Assembly (NCBI GenBank): GCA_964593455.1
Contig: CAZQHK010000042.1
Span: forward strand, 1 to 30,090
Reading direction: 5' to 3'
Source of the DNA: an uncultured bacterium
GTDB taxonomy: Bacteria; Muiribacteriota; CAYSPT01
DNA: 30,090 nt
The position numbers were made by a program, and so were the translations under genes. The notes beneath the pieces were generated by a model, which made no database searches, was not told where the DNA came from, and was given only the letters and a program-made list of their open reading frames with translations. Positions 16,637 through 28,352 of this stretch are shown piece after piece; within the stretch, counting starts at the first letter, position 1; every line of letters begins with the position of its first letter.

Positions 16637-18556
16637 ATGAATCGTATAAGGCACTGGGCCCTGATGGTCCTCGTGGCTGCAGTAGTAGCTGTAAATTGCT
16701 CAACGGTGTTTGCCCTCGATTTAAAATCTCCGGAAAACAATGCCGCCCTGGACACCACAAAACCCAACTTGTCCTGGAGTAAAGTGGATAAAGCCAAAGT
16801 CTACCAGTTACTAATTTTCGATTTTAAAACCTTTAAAATGGTCTATCAGCGGTTTATCCCGGGGACGAGCCATACGGTTGAAAAAGGTCTTCTCAAAAAG
16901 GGCAAATCCTATTCCTGGGTGGTCAAGGCCAGGGAAAGTTTGAGTAAATCGGCCTTTGACACGAGTGACCGTTGGAAGTTCACTATCGGTTCTTCGACGT
17001 CAGCCGCCGAATCCGGAGGAACGTTCGAGAGGACCGGATACACCATTGTTGTCCCGGTGGAATTCAAGTCGCACAAGTTCAAGGGCGATCCGGTAGCGGT
17101 CGTGACCAAGAAAATGAACCAGCTGGTAGAGTACTATCGTGTCATCTCTTACAATGCCGAGCGCACCATGCAAGAGGTTACTTTCGACGTGGCGCCCGGC
17201 GTCTTTCTGAACGAAAACCGGAATAAATACTCCGCTGATAAGCAGGACAGCGGGAAGAACTGGATGCGGGACTGCGGTGATTTCGGCCGTTCCTGGGCGG
17301 GTGCCCACCAGATGAAGAAGATCGTCCTACCGCACGTATTCAAGGCCGGTGTTCCCGTCAAGGAGTACCGCCACATCATCTATGTCGTACCCGAGGGCGG
17401 CGGAAACAGCTGGGGGAGTGACCAGTTCTGGCCTGCTTCCACCGGCGGCAGACCGTCCGGGATCAAGTTCGACGAGAAGCGCAATGTAGTGAGCGGTTCC
17501 TACTCCTGCGGTATCGTCATGGGTATCGGTGTGAGCACCGGCACGTACAGCCATGAATTTGGCCACCAGCTCGGTCTTCCCGATCTCTACCCGTACTCTA
17601 ATAGTCCCAAACGCGATCTTGGGTACAGTGCTCTCATGGCCGCCGGTAACCAGATCGGGCAAAAGGGCGTGAACATGTTCGTACTTTCCCGGAAAAAAGA
17701 ATACTCCGGGTCGGGTTTGAAACAAGACTGGATTCAGGACAAGCTGAAGGTCCTCAAGAAAAGCGAAACTATCTGGCTGGAATCCCGCACCTCGAAGGGT
17801 GAAATAGTGGGAGTAGTGATCCCGGATACTTCGACTTCCAATAAAGAAGACCACTATGTTATCGAGGTGTTTGACCGCAAGAGCGTGGACAAGGACTTCG
17901 TCGGTTTCTTCCAGGGGCTAAAAGGGAGGGAAAGTAAAGCCAACGTAGCCGTTTTTATCTCTTTCGTCGATAACCTCGATGTCAACAGGATCAAGGTTGC
18001 TCAGGGTGTTCCCGCCAGCAAATCACGCAAGCAGAATTTTTTCCTCTCCGGTGGTGAGTACAAGAAGGGCAATTTCGCCGTCAATATCGGCGATGTCAAG
18101 GATCTGGGCGATCGCTGGGCGGCCAGGATCTCGGTGACCATTGACGGTCAGGCGCCGCAGGGTGACCCGGAACCGCCGATCGGCCGCAAGGACGATGATA
18201 AGAAGATCGCTGAAGAGAAGAAACGTCAGGATGAGGAAACGAAAAAACGTGAAACGGAAGATAAAAAACGGGTAAATGAGCTGAAAAAGAAGGTCGTAGA
18301 GGAGAAGAAGAAAGGCGAGGAAGACGAAGCGCGTCGCAAGAAGGAAGAGGAAATGGAAAAGCAGCTGGATGAGTACCAGCAGCTCTTAAAAGACCAGAAC
18401 AAATGGATGGAAAAAGAACGCAAGCAGTTGGAAGAAGAGAAACTCCGGCTGGAAGAGCAGCTGAAGAAGATGAAGGAAGAAGAGGAAAAGCGCAAACAGG
18501 CTTCGGTACTCGGCTGGTTGAAACGGGTCTTCGGATTTGCCTCGGCTCCCCGGTAG
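16637..18556 (+). CDS. secreted zinc metallopeptidase, M6/immune-inhibitor-A-like (HEFGHQLGLPDLY), with a roughly 115-aa C-terminal E/R/K-rich charged helical tail
   Basis: Signal peptide (MNRIRHWALMVLVAAVVAVNCSTVFA). HExxH plus the downstream GLPDxY signature typical of M6. The C-terminal 510-625 aa are almost pure K/E/R heptad-free charged sequence (EEKKRQDEETKKRETEDKKR…EEEEKRKQ), followed by a short amphipathic end (VLGWLKRVFGFASAPR). Confidence 0.7.
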   Translation: MNRIRHWALMVLVAAVVAVNCSTVFALDLKSPENNAALDTTKPNLSWSKVDKAKVYQLLIFDFKTFKMVYQRFIPGTSHTVEKGLLKKGKSYSWVVKARESLSKSAFDTSDRWKFTIGSSTSAAESGGTFERTGYTIVVPVEFKSHKFKGDPVAVVTKKMNQLVEYYRVISYNAERTMQEVTFDVAPGVFLNENRNKYSADKQDSGKNWMRDCGDFGRSWAGAHQMKKIVLPHVFKAGVPVKEYRHIIYVVPEGGGNSWGSDQFWPASTGGRPSGIKFDEKRNVVSGSYSCGIVMGIGVSTGTYSHEFGHQLGLPDLYPYSNSPKRDLGYSALMAAGNQIGQKGVNMFVLSRKKEYSGSGLKQDWIQDKLKVLKKSETIWLESRTSKGEIVGVVIPDTSTSNKEDHYVIEVFDRKSVDKDFVGFFQGLKGRESKANVAVFISFVDNLDVNRIKVAQGVPASKSRKQNFFLSGGEYKKGNFAVNIGDVKDLGDRWAARISVTIDGQAPQGDPEPPIGRKDDDKKIAEEKKRQDEETKKRETEDKKRVNELKKKVVEEKKKGEEDEARRKKEEEMEKQLDEYQQLLKDQNKWMEKERKQLEEEKLRLEEQLKKMKEEEEKRKQASVLGWLKRVFGFASAPR

Positions 18557-18584
18557 TTAAAAGCTAGAAATTGAATTCAACAAA

Positions 18585-18612
18585 GAGCGGTAACGCCGTT
18601 CTTTGTTTTTTT
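18585..18612 (+). terminator. rho-independent terminator (GAGCGG-TAACG-CCGTTC, then TTTGTTTTTTTG)
   Basis: 6-bp stem including one G·U pair, 5-nt loop and a U-rich tract. It lies 29 bp after the peptidase stop. Confidence 0.65.
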
Positions 18613-18754
18613 GTCCCGGGTTAAAGGCTTTTCAGCCGGTTGATCACAAAGGCAAATTTGTCGTCTCAGGCGACATTTTTCTCAGGCTTACATGGTAAAA
18701 AATAGCTCAAAAAAGGAGGCTCGATTTTAACAAAAGCATGGTAATATTCCCCCA

Positions 18755-18864
18755 GGATACCCGGATAGGAGTAGTCAATGATTGCCCAGTGCTGTAAATG
18801 CCATGCGATTCGGATCCAGGGTCATTGGTGTGATCTTGGTTTGACTGCTCCTATCCGGGTATCC
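18755..18864 (+). promoter_or_regulatory. 24-bp near-perfect inverted repeat (GGATACCCGGATAGGAGTAGTCAA … TTGACTGCTCCTATCCGGGTATCC) with a 62-nt spacer; the left arm contains the RBS and start codon of the small ORF
   Basis: Read directly from the sequence. One mismatch in 24 positions. AGGAG at 18767-18771 would pair with CTCCT at 18848-18852. Confidence 0.45.
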
Positions 18865-19017
18865 CACACCTACTGCCCGAAATGCATGGTGGAAGTAGAT
18901 CTTCAGATCCAGCAATTCAAAAGCCGCCGCGACCGTCTGGCAGCAGACGGAACAGTAGTGCCCGGCAAGAGCTTTGATGGGGCTGATGAACTTCCGGCTT
19001 TGGCGGACATAGCCTGA
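18778..19017 (+). CDS. small Cys-rich hypothetical protein (CxxC…CxxC zinc-ribbon-like), 79 aa; coding status uncertain
   Basis: CCKCH…(25 aa)…CPKC. Good RBS spacing (AGGAG 6 nt upstream of the ATG). No homology recognised. It may instead be part of a structured RNA. Confidence 0.3.
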   Translation: MIAQCCKCHAIRIQGHWCDLGLTAPIRVSHTYCPKCMVEVDLQIQQFKSRRDRLAADGTVVPGKSFDGADELPALADIA

Positions 19018-19049
19018 ACGAAGATGCTGGCTTTGTCCGGAAATAGCGG

Positions 19050-20219
19050 GTGATACCTATTAAAATCAATACTCTGGTGCGGGACATTAGCTCTCCGCCA
19101 ATCGTAAAACTCTATGAAATGGCTACTCCGTACCGCCAATCGGGCCAGTTGCTTGATCTCTCCCAGGCGGTACCGTCCTACGGGCCACCGGCTGTGATTC
19201 TCGACGAAATGATAAGCAGCCTCGCTGAGCGGGATATTCATCGATATACGGCGGATCCGGGGACCGAATCCCTGCGATCTGCTATAGCCCAAAAACTGCG
19301 GGTATTCAATGATGTCCAGGCCGAAGCCGGAAACGTCATCGTCACCGCCGGAGCCAACCAGGCATATCTCATGACCGTTATGACCCTGCTCGATCCAGGT
19401 GACGAGATGCTGCTCTTAACGCCGTATTATTTTAACCACCATATGGCGGTTGCCATGATCGGCGCCGTACCGGTTGAAGTTCCTCTCGATTATGAGAAAG
19501 GATTTGTGATGGAGCCAGAACGTGTGCTGGAGATGATCACGCCTCGCACACGTGCCATCACCATCGTCAGTCCGTCCAATCCCACCGGGACCGTTTATCC
19601 TCAGGAAACGCTGGCTTTGCTGGCTGATCTGCTCAAAGATACCGGAATAATGGTTATTTCAGACGAAACCTATGAGTATTTCACTCCCGGTCCTTTTACC
19701 GAGGGGCATTTTTCCATCGGAGCTATACCGGAAATGGCTCAAAGGACGTTTACGATATCTTCCTTCTCCAAAGCGTTCGGTATTACCGGGTGGCGTGTGG
19801 GATACGTGACAGCTCCCCGCGAATATGTGGGAGACATGCTGAAGGTTCACGACACCATGGTGATTTGCGCCCCGCATGTCAGCCAACGGGCTGCCCTGGC
19901 CGGTTTGACCGGGGGAATGAAATGGCTCGCGCGGAGAGTCGAGGAGATGAATGAAAAGCTCGAATGGCTGAAGACCTGGAATTTCTCGGGCGGCCGGTTT
20001 CAAATAAGTAGTTCCGGCGCTTTTTTCGCCTATCTCCGCCACCGGTTCGACGGTGACTCGTTTAGGGTGACTGAACGTCTCCTGAAAGAAAAACAGGTGC
20101 TGCTTATTCCCGGCCAGGTATTCGGCAGCGGACAGGAAAAGTTCGTCCGGGTAGCTCTCGGCGGCGTGGACAAAAAAGGTCTTAAAGAAGCCATGGAACG
20201 AATCGACAGCCTGCGGTAG
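19050..20219 (+). CDS. PLP-dependent aminotransferase, class I/II (aspartate/aromatic aminotransferase-like)
   Basis: PLP-lysine motif SFSKAFGITGWRVGY. The N-terminal LS.R…P… region is typical of the family. GTG start. Confidence 0.85.
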   Translation: MIPIKINTLVRDISSPPIVKLYEMATPYRQSGQLLDLSQAVPSYGPPAVILDEMISSLAERDIHRYTADPGTESLRSAIAQKLRVFNDVQAEAGNVIVTAGANQAYLMTVMTLLDPGDEMLLLTPYYFNHHMAVAMIGAVPVEVPLDYEKGFVMEPERVLEMITPRTRAITIVSPSNPTGTVYPQETLALLADLLKDTGIMVISDETYEYFTPGPFTEGHFSIGAIPEMAQRTFTISSFSKAFGITGWRVGYVTAPREYVGDMLKVHDTMVICAPHVSQRAALAGLTGGMKWLARRVEEMNEKLEWLKTWNFSGGRFQISSSGAFFAYLRHRFDGDSFRVTERLLKEKQVLLIPGQVFGSGQEKFVRVALGGVDKKGLKEAMERIDSLR

Positions 20220-20258
20220 ATAAAGGAATTTCCAGCCGCGGGCGGCCTGGTATGAACC

Positions 20259-20929
20259 TTACCCCGCCAGATATTTTCTTTTGCGGATCTCTTCCAGGCG
20301 GAACGGCAGAAAATAGGGGATCAGAAGAAAGCCGGCCGCAAACCCGGCGAAATGCGATGGCCAGGAGATATTGCTTCCGAGTTTCATGAAACCCAGGTTC
20401 ATCAGGAACCAGATACCAAGGTAGAACCACATGGGGATCTTGAACGGATAGAAGAGCGGGAAGAAGACCTGGTACAGGCTGACCGTGGAAACAGCCGCCA
20501 GTAAGCGGCCATAACTCCACTGATTGCTCCACTGGCTCCGATGATAACTTTGAATTCGAAGTATACCATGCAGGCTGTAATCCCTGAAATGATCAGCACA
20601 ACGGTGTAGAAAAACAGGAACATGAGCGGACCCTTGCGCTCTCCGTGATCATAGAGAACGTCTATGACATTGTCCCCGAATATCCAGAGTATATACATAT
20701 TGCCGATCAGATGCCACCAGTCCGCATGGAGAAAGCCGGCGGTGATCAACTGGTAGCAACCGGCCAGAGTGAGGGCTTGTTCGGGTACTTTTCCAAACAT
20801 GTGGATGAAAGGTTCGACCATATTCGCCGGCATACTTCGCTGCAGTCCGAAGACGCCAAAATTGACGGCTATGATAGCCAGCAGCAGGGACGGGAATCGT
20901 TTCCGGGGATTGAACACCTCCACCGGCAA
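20259..20929 (-). pseudogene. rhomboid-family intramembrane serine protease interrupted by a -1 frameshift near 20488-20507
   Basis: The upstream frame carries HxxxN (FLHADWWHLIGNM) and the catalytic GASGAISGVMAAY, then runs into out-of-frame S/R-rich sequence. The +2 frame continues as …LLAAVSTVSLYQVFFPLF…ISWPSHFAGFAAGFLL (catalytic His) to TAA at 20259-20261. Confidence 0.7.
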
Positions 20930-20974
20930 CTGGGAGAACAGGCAGAACAGGTAGACGGGAACGCCGATAGACGC

Positions 20975-21475
20975 CTATTCGGCGGCCTGTTTGTGGTCGA
21001 ACGATTGGTAGTGTTTGAGTGCGGTATCATCTGTTTTGAACCCGGGTTTGGGAGGAGGAAGGAGCGGTCGTGGCCGCAAGGCCGATGGTTGGCGTCGGAG
21101 CGCATCCGCTTCTACCAGCCGGATCTGTCCGAGTTCGCCTTTGTCCAGCCAGAACCCTTTGCAGGTCGTACAGTGGTCGATCGTTACGGTGAAGCGGCGT
21201 GCCCGGTACTCCAGAGCGGTCATGAGTTCCCGGCATACCGGACAGGCGAGTTCGGAGGTTCCCAGGTCCATGTTGCGCATGAGGGAGTCGTAGTCGTAAT
21301 GGGGACCCAGTACTCCCTTTAGTTCACCGTCGTCATACCATGTTCCGTTACAGTCCGGGCATCGGTCGATGGTGATGGCCATGACCGTCTTGGTGTCCAG
21401 GGCTGTTTCATGGCATCGCGGGCAGTCAATATCTCTCTTCCCGCCGGTAACGGCGCCGGGAACATGGTTGCTCAT
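20975..21475 (-). CDS. tandem zinc-ribbon domain protein (two C-P-x-C … C-x-x-C TFIIB-type ribbons) with a Pro-rich tail
   Basis: CPRCHETALDTKTVMAITIDRCPDCNGTWYDDGEL and CPVCRELMTALEYRARRFTVTIDHCTTCKGFWLDKGEL. ATGA overlap with the upstream ADA-like gene. Confidence 0.65.
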   Translation of the reverse strand: MSNHVPGAVTGGKRDIDCPRCHETALDTKTVMAITIDRCPDCNGTWYDDGELKGVLGPHYDYDSLMRNMDLGTSELACPVCRELMTALEYRARRFTVTIDHCTTCKGFWLDKGELGQIRLVEADALRRQPSALRPRPLLPPPKPGFKTDDTALKHYQSFDHKQAAE

Positions 21476-22722
21476 TTGCCCTTTTTATCTTCGGCCGCCG
21501 CCGCGGCGTCGAAACGTCTGTTAATCTCTTCCAGCACCTCACCGTATTTGAGCTCCTTCTCGACTGCTGACCGGAAATCCCGGAGCTTGTCGTAGGAGTT
21601 GTTGGATTTTGGATAATAGGTGTTATGCAAGGTTGCGTTAAAGCCGTGCATGACCATCAGTTTTACGTAATCCAGGTCCAGGTCGAAGACCTTGGTGGCA
21701 ATGTAAAGTTCTTTGCTCACCGTGGTGTTGGAGACCAGCCGGTTATCGGTGCACAGCACCGTCCGGAGACGGTGGTTGAGATAGATGCCGAGTGGATGCT
21801 TACCGTAGTTGAAAAGCTCGTGATTGGTCTGGAGATTGCTGGTCAGGCAGACTTCCAGGGGAATGCGCTCGTTCTTGAAGTAGTTCATCAACACCTCGTC
21901 TTTGTAGAGGTTCGTGCCGTGTCCGATCCGCTTGACGTGCAGGTAGTGGACCGATTCCAGGATCGACTCGGCTCCAACCGCCTCTCCGGCGTGGACCGTT
22001 ATGGGAACCAGCCCGTTGGTGGCGGTATAGAAGGCTTTCTTGTAATCTTTGGCCGGATTGTCTTCCTCGCCCCCGGCCAGATCGAATCCCACAATCCGGT
22101 GATTTTTTTTCGCCATGTTCACCGTGTGCCGGGCGGTTTGAAGGGCCATCAGCCAGGCGCCGTCTTCCAGGTCTCCGTATGGCAGAGACCGGAGCAGGTT
22201 GTCTTCGATACCGCACGGTACGTAGTGCCGCATGGCACAGATGATGATCCCGGTGATAATGTCAAAATCCTTCTCCGCCCGGGCCAGTCCTTCCGACACC
22301 GCCGAGGTAATGTCTTCCAGACTCATCCCCCGGTTGGTGTGAAGTATGGGGGCAAAACGCAGTTCCAGGTAACGGACGTTTTCCTGGGCGGCGTCCTCGG
22401 CCACCTCGTAGGCGATCTGTTCCAGCGATTCCTGGTCCTGCATGACCGAAGTGGTGATTCCGAAAGCCTGGAGGTAGTCGCCCAGGGAGCTGTTCTTGAT
22501 GAAGTCGGGATCGTCTTTAACTACCAGTTTACGAAGTTGTTCCCGGTCTACGGGGTAGGGCATACCGGTCTTTTTTATCAGCGAGATGATCGTATCGAGC
22601 CGCAGCGAACCGTCCAGGTGACAGTGCAGATCGGTCTTCGGCAGCTTGTAGATCTCTTTGTAGAGATCATCCTGTGTCATGTTCTGTATAATGGCCTTTT
22701 CATTTATGGGTTTTTGAGCCAT
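21472..22722 (-). CDS. adenosine/adenine deaminase family metallo-hydrolase (ADA fold) with an atypical C-terminal motif and an about 40-aa C-terminal extension
   Basis: DLHCHLDGS (the two zinc His). GFDLAGGEED. VHAGEA. RIGHG. The final zinc-Asp motif reads LCTDNR instead of the canonical SLNTDDP. 416 aa. Confidence 0.8.
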   Translation of the reverse strand: MAQKPINEKAIIQNMTQDDLYKEIYKLPKTDLHCHLDGSLRLDTIISLIKKTGMPYPVDREQLRKLVVKDDPDFIKNSSLGDYLQAFGITTSVMQDQESLEQIAYEVAEDAAQENVRYLELRFAPILHTNRGMSLEDITSAVSEGLARAEKDFDIITGIIICAMRHYVPCGIEDNLLRSLPYGDLEDGAWLMALQTARHTVNMAKKNHRIVGFDLAGGEEDNPAKDYKKAFYTATNGLVPITVHAGEAVGAESILESVHYLHVKRIGHGTNLYKDEVLMNYFKNERIPLEVCLTSNLQTNHELFNYGKHPLGIYLNHRLRTVLCTDNRLVSNTTVSKELYIATKVFDLDLDYVKLMVMHGFNATLHNTYYPKSNNSYDKLRDFRSAVEKELKYGEVLEEINRRFDAAAAAEDKKGK

Positions 22723-22759
22723 GACCGTACCTTCTTTCTCGCATCAGGAGAGGAACTGT

Positions 22760-23185
22760 TTATTCCCCGATAATTTTTACCAGTACTCGTTTTTTCCGCT
22801 GGCCGTCGAATTCTCCATAGAAAATCTGCTCCCACGGGCCGAAGTCGAGTTTGCCGGCGGTGATGGCGACCACCACCTCGCGGCCCATGATGGTCCGTTT
22901 GAGATGCGCGTCAGCGTTGTCTTCGAAGCCGTTGTGCCGGTACTGGTTATATGGTTTCTCCGGCGCCAGTTTTTCCAGCCACCGCTCAAAATCGCTATGG
23001 AGGCCGCTTTCATCGTCGTTGATGAAGACACTGGCGGTAATATGCATGGCGTTTACCAGGCAGAGCCCTTCTTGTATGCCGCTTTTTTTCAGCAACTCAG
23101 TGACCTTCGGGGTGATATTGATATAGGCCCGGCGAGTGGGTGCCTGAAACCACAGATGTTCGGTCAGCGATTTCATACGAGTCAT
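22760..23185 (-). CDS. YjbQ/UPF0047 family protein (secondary thiamine-phosphate synthase-like)
   Basis: 141 aa. Family-typical blocks: [52 protein letters not shown] … [53 protein letters not shown]. Confidence 0.8.
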   Translation of the reverse strand: MTRMKSLTEHLWFQAPTRRAYINITPKVTELLKKSGIQEGLCLVNAMHITASVFINDDESGLHSDFERWLEKLAPEKPYNQYRHNGFEDNADAHLKRTIMGREVVVAITAGKLDFGPWEQIFYGEFDGQRKKRVLVKIIGE

Positions 23186-23294
23186 TCTCCTTCTCTAAAG
23201 GAATATTCTTCAGGCTACCATGTGCAGTGAGATTTCACAAGGATTTCAGTTGCCTGCCGGACGGCAGTCAAAAGCTATCCTTCGTGACCTATGT

Positions 23295-23323
23295 TTGACA
23301 CTGCATAATACCGTTGGTACAAT
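23295..23323 (+). promoter_or_regulatory. near-consensus sigma-70 promoter TTGACA-N17-TACAAT for the TPR/peptidase-MA/pcm/ligA operon
   Basis: TTGACA at 23295-23300, a 17-nt spacer, TACAAT at 23318-23323, then RBS GGAGGT and ATG at 23344. A 6-bp palindrome CTGCCGgaCGGCAG lies about 35 bp upstream. Confidence 0.5.
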
Positions 23324-23343
23324 TCTACCTGGAGGTATCTATA

Positions 23344-24713
23344 ATGGATATAAAAAGGGTAACGCCTGTTTTTATTTTCATGGTTGTTATTTTTATCCTT
23401 GCTTCAGATACCCCCGGGTACGGGAGAGATAGTGCCGATGATTATTATCTGCGGGCTCTTGAACTGAATCGTGCCGGGGATCTCAAAGGGGCCCTGGAAG
23501 AATTGGAAGAAGCATACCGTCGCGATGACGATAATCCTAAGATTCAAAAAGCACTGTCGGTGGTAGCCAACAATCTGGCAGTGGCCCTGTCCGGTCGCGG
23601 TGAGTCGGAGGATGCTCTCAAATATTATAAGCGTGCTCTGGAAATCTTCCCGGACGACGTGGTCAGACAAAGCTATGCGAGGTGCCTGTTCTCCGCTAAA
23701 CGGCCTTACGACGCCATCAGGGTATTGGATGATCTAGTCGCTTCCGATAATCCCGACACCGAGCAGGCAGCCCGGTGGATTCTGGCCCAGATTCATTTCT
23801 CCCTACGGGATTTCGAACAAGCCGTGGTCGAGCTGGAAGAGATAATATACCAGAACGATAAAAACGCGGAAGTCCATTTTCTTCTGGCCCGCAGCTACGA
23901 GCAAACCGGCGAAAAACAGAAGGCAGCCGAGCATCTTAAACGGGTACAAGAGCTAACCGGAGACAGTAAGGTGCAGTCCTATGCGGAAGATCTACAGGGT
24001 CGCCTGGAACGGGAAAACACCATAGAAGAGGAATTCGAACAAGACTCGAGCCATCACTTTAAACTGGTGTTCGAGAGCGGTCGCCGGGATGATCTCATGG
24101 ACGAAATTATCGAGTATCTGGAAGAAGCCTATGACGATGTGGGACGTGAACTCCAGTTCTACCCGACCCGGGAGACAAAGGTTATCATTTACACCCCGAA
24201 ACAATTCGTGACCGTGACCCAGTTGCCCAGCTGGGTAGCGGGTGTTTACCAGGAGTGGATTATCCGTATCCCCATTCCTACCGGCGGTACTCGGGGCGAT
24301 AGTTTGAAAGACGTGGTGTTTCATGAGTACACCCATCTGCTGGTTCAGGCTCTGGCCGGTGGTAACTGTCCAGTGTGGCTCAACGAGGGGCTGGCGGTAA
24401 CCATGCAGCCGAATAGAACCGGCTTTGAAAAAATACACATTTTGCAGCAGGAGCTCAACAAGAAATCGCTGCCGGCCATCGATAAGCTCGATTCAAATTT
24501 TATCAAAGCTGACAGTCATAAACAAGCCATGATTGCCTACATCTCGGCCCGTTTTCTGATCAAGTTCATCGATGAAGAGTGGGGGCTGTACCGGGTCTCA
24601 AGGATGCTTGAAATGTTCAAGGGGAATATCGATACGAGCACAGTCCTTCAAGACGTTTTGGGTTTCGATCTCGAGCGTTTTGAAACAAGATGGCATGAAT
24701 TTCTCGAGGATCA

Positions 24714-24717
<4 letters not shown>
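23344..24717 (+). CDS. exported TPR-repeat protein with a C-terminal peptidase-MA-like (HExxH) domain
   Basis: Signal peptide. About 5 TPR units in the first 230 aa. VFHEYTHLLVQ…WLNEGLAV (HExxH with a downstream E) in the C-terminal half. Start at the second Met, preceded by a good RBS. Confidence 0.7.
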
Positions 24718-28198
<3,481 letters not shown>

Positions 28199-28211
28199 CC
28201 ACATTAGTCAT

Positions 28212-28352
28212 TTGGCATGCTTTCTACGCTCACTATTCAATTGAGATTTTTACCCGGGCGTCGGCTTGTAAATTCCGCCAAAGGTGAGTGCGAACATTGA
28301 GGTGTAGCGTGAGCCAGGTGGTCCCACCCTCAAGCAAACCAGAAAGTGAGGT
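28212..28352 (-). repeat. long copy of the dispersed intergenic repeat, in inverted orientation relative to 14975-15110; it abuts the stop of the collagen-like gene
   Basis: The reverse complement (cctcactttctggtttgcttgagggtgggaccacc…cgctacacctcaatgttcgcactcac…cgcccgggtaaaaatctcaat) aligns along its full length with 14977-15095. Confidence 0.6.

Noticed and set aside
18226-18495. 89-aa minus-strand ORF rich in Ser/Phe
   Set aside because: It is the antisense reading of the GAA/AAG-rich K/E tail of the metalloprotease gene and is low-complexity.
20645-21322. 225-aa plus-strand ORF spanning the rhomboid and zinc-ribbon genes
   Set aside because: It is opposite two motif-supported genes and spans the gap between them. 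There is no RBS and the composition is non-protein-like.
21472-22722. Adenosine deaminase as an RdrB-like anti-phage effector (RADAR)
   Set aside because: The protein is only 416 aa, whereas RdrB is about twice that. No adjacent large ATPase (RdrA) is present. The context is metabolic (YjbQ).
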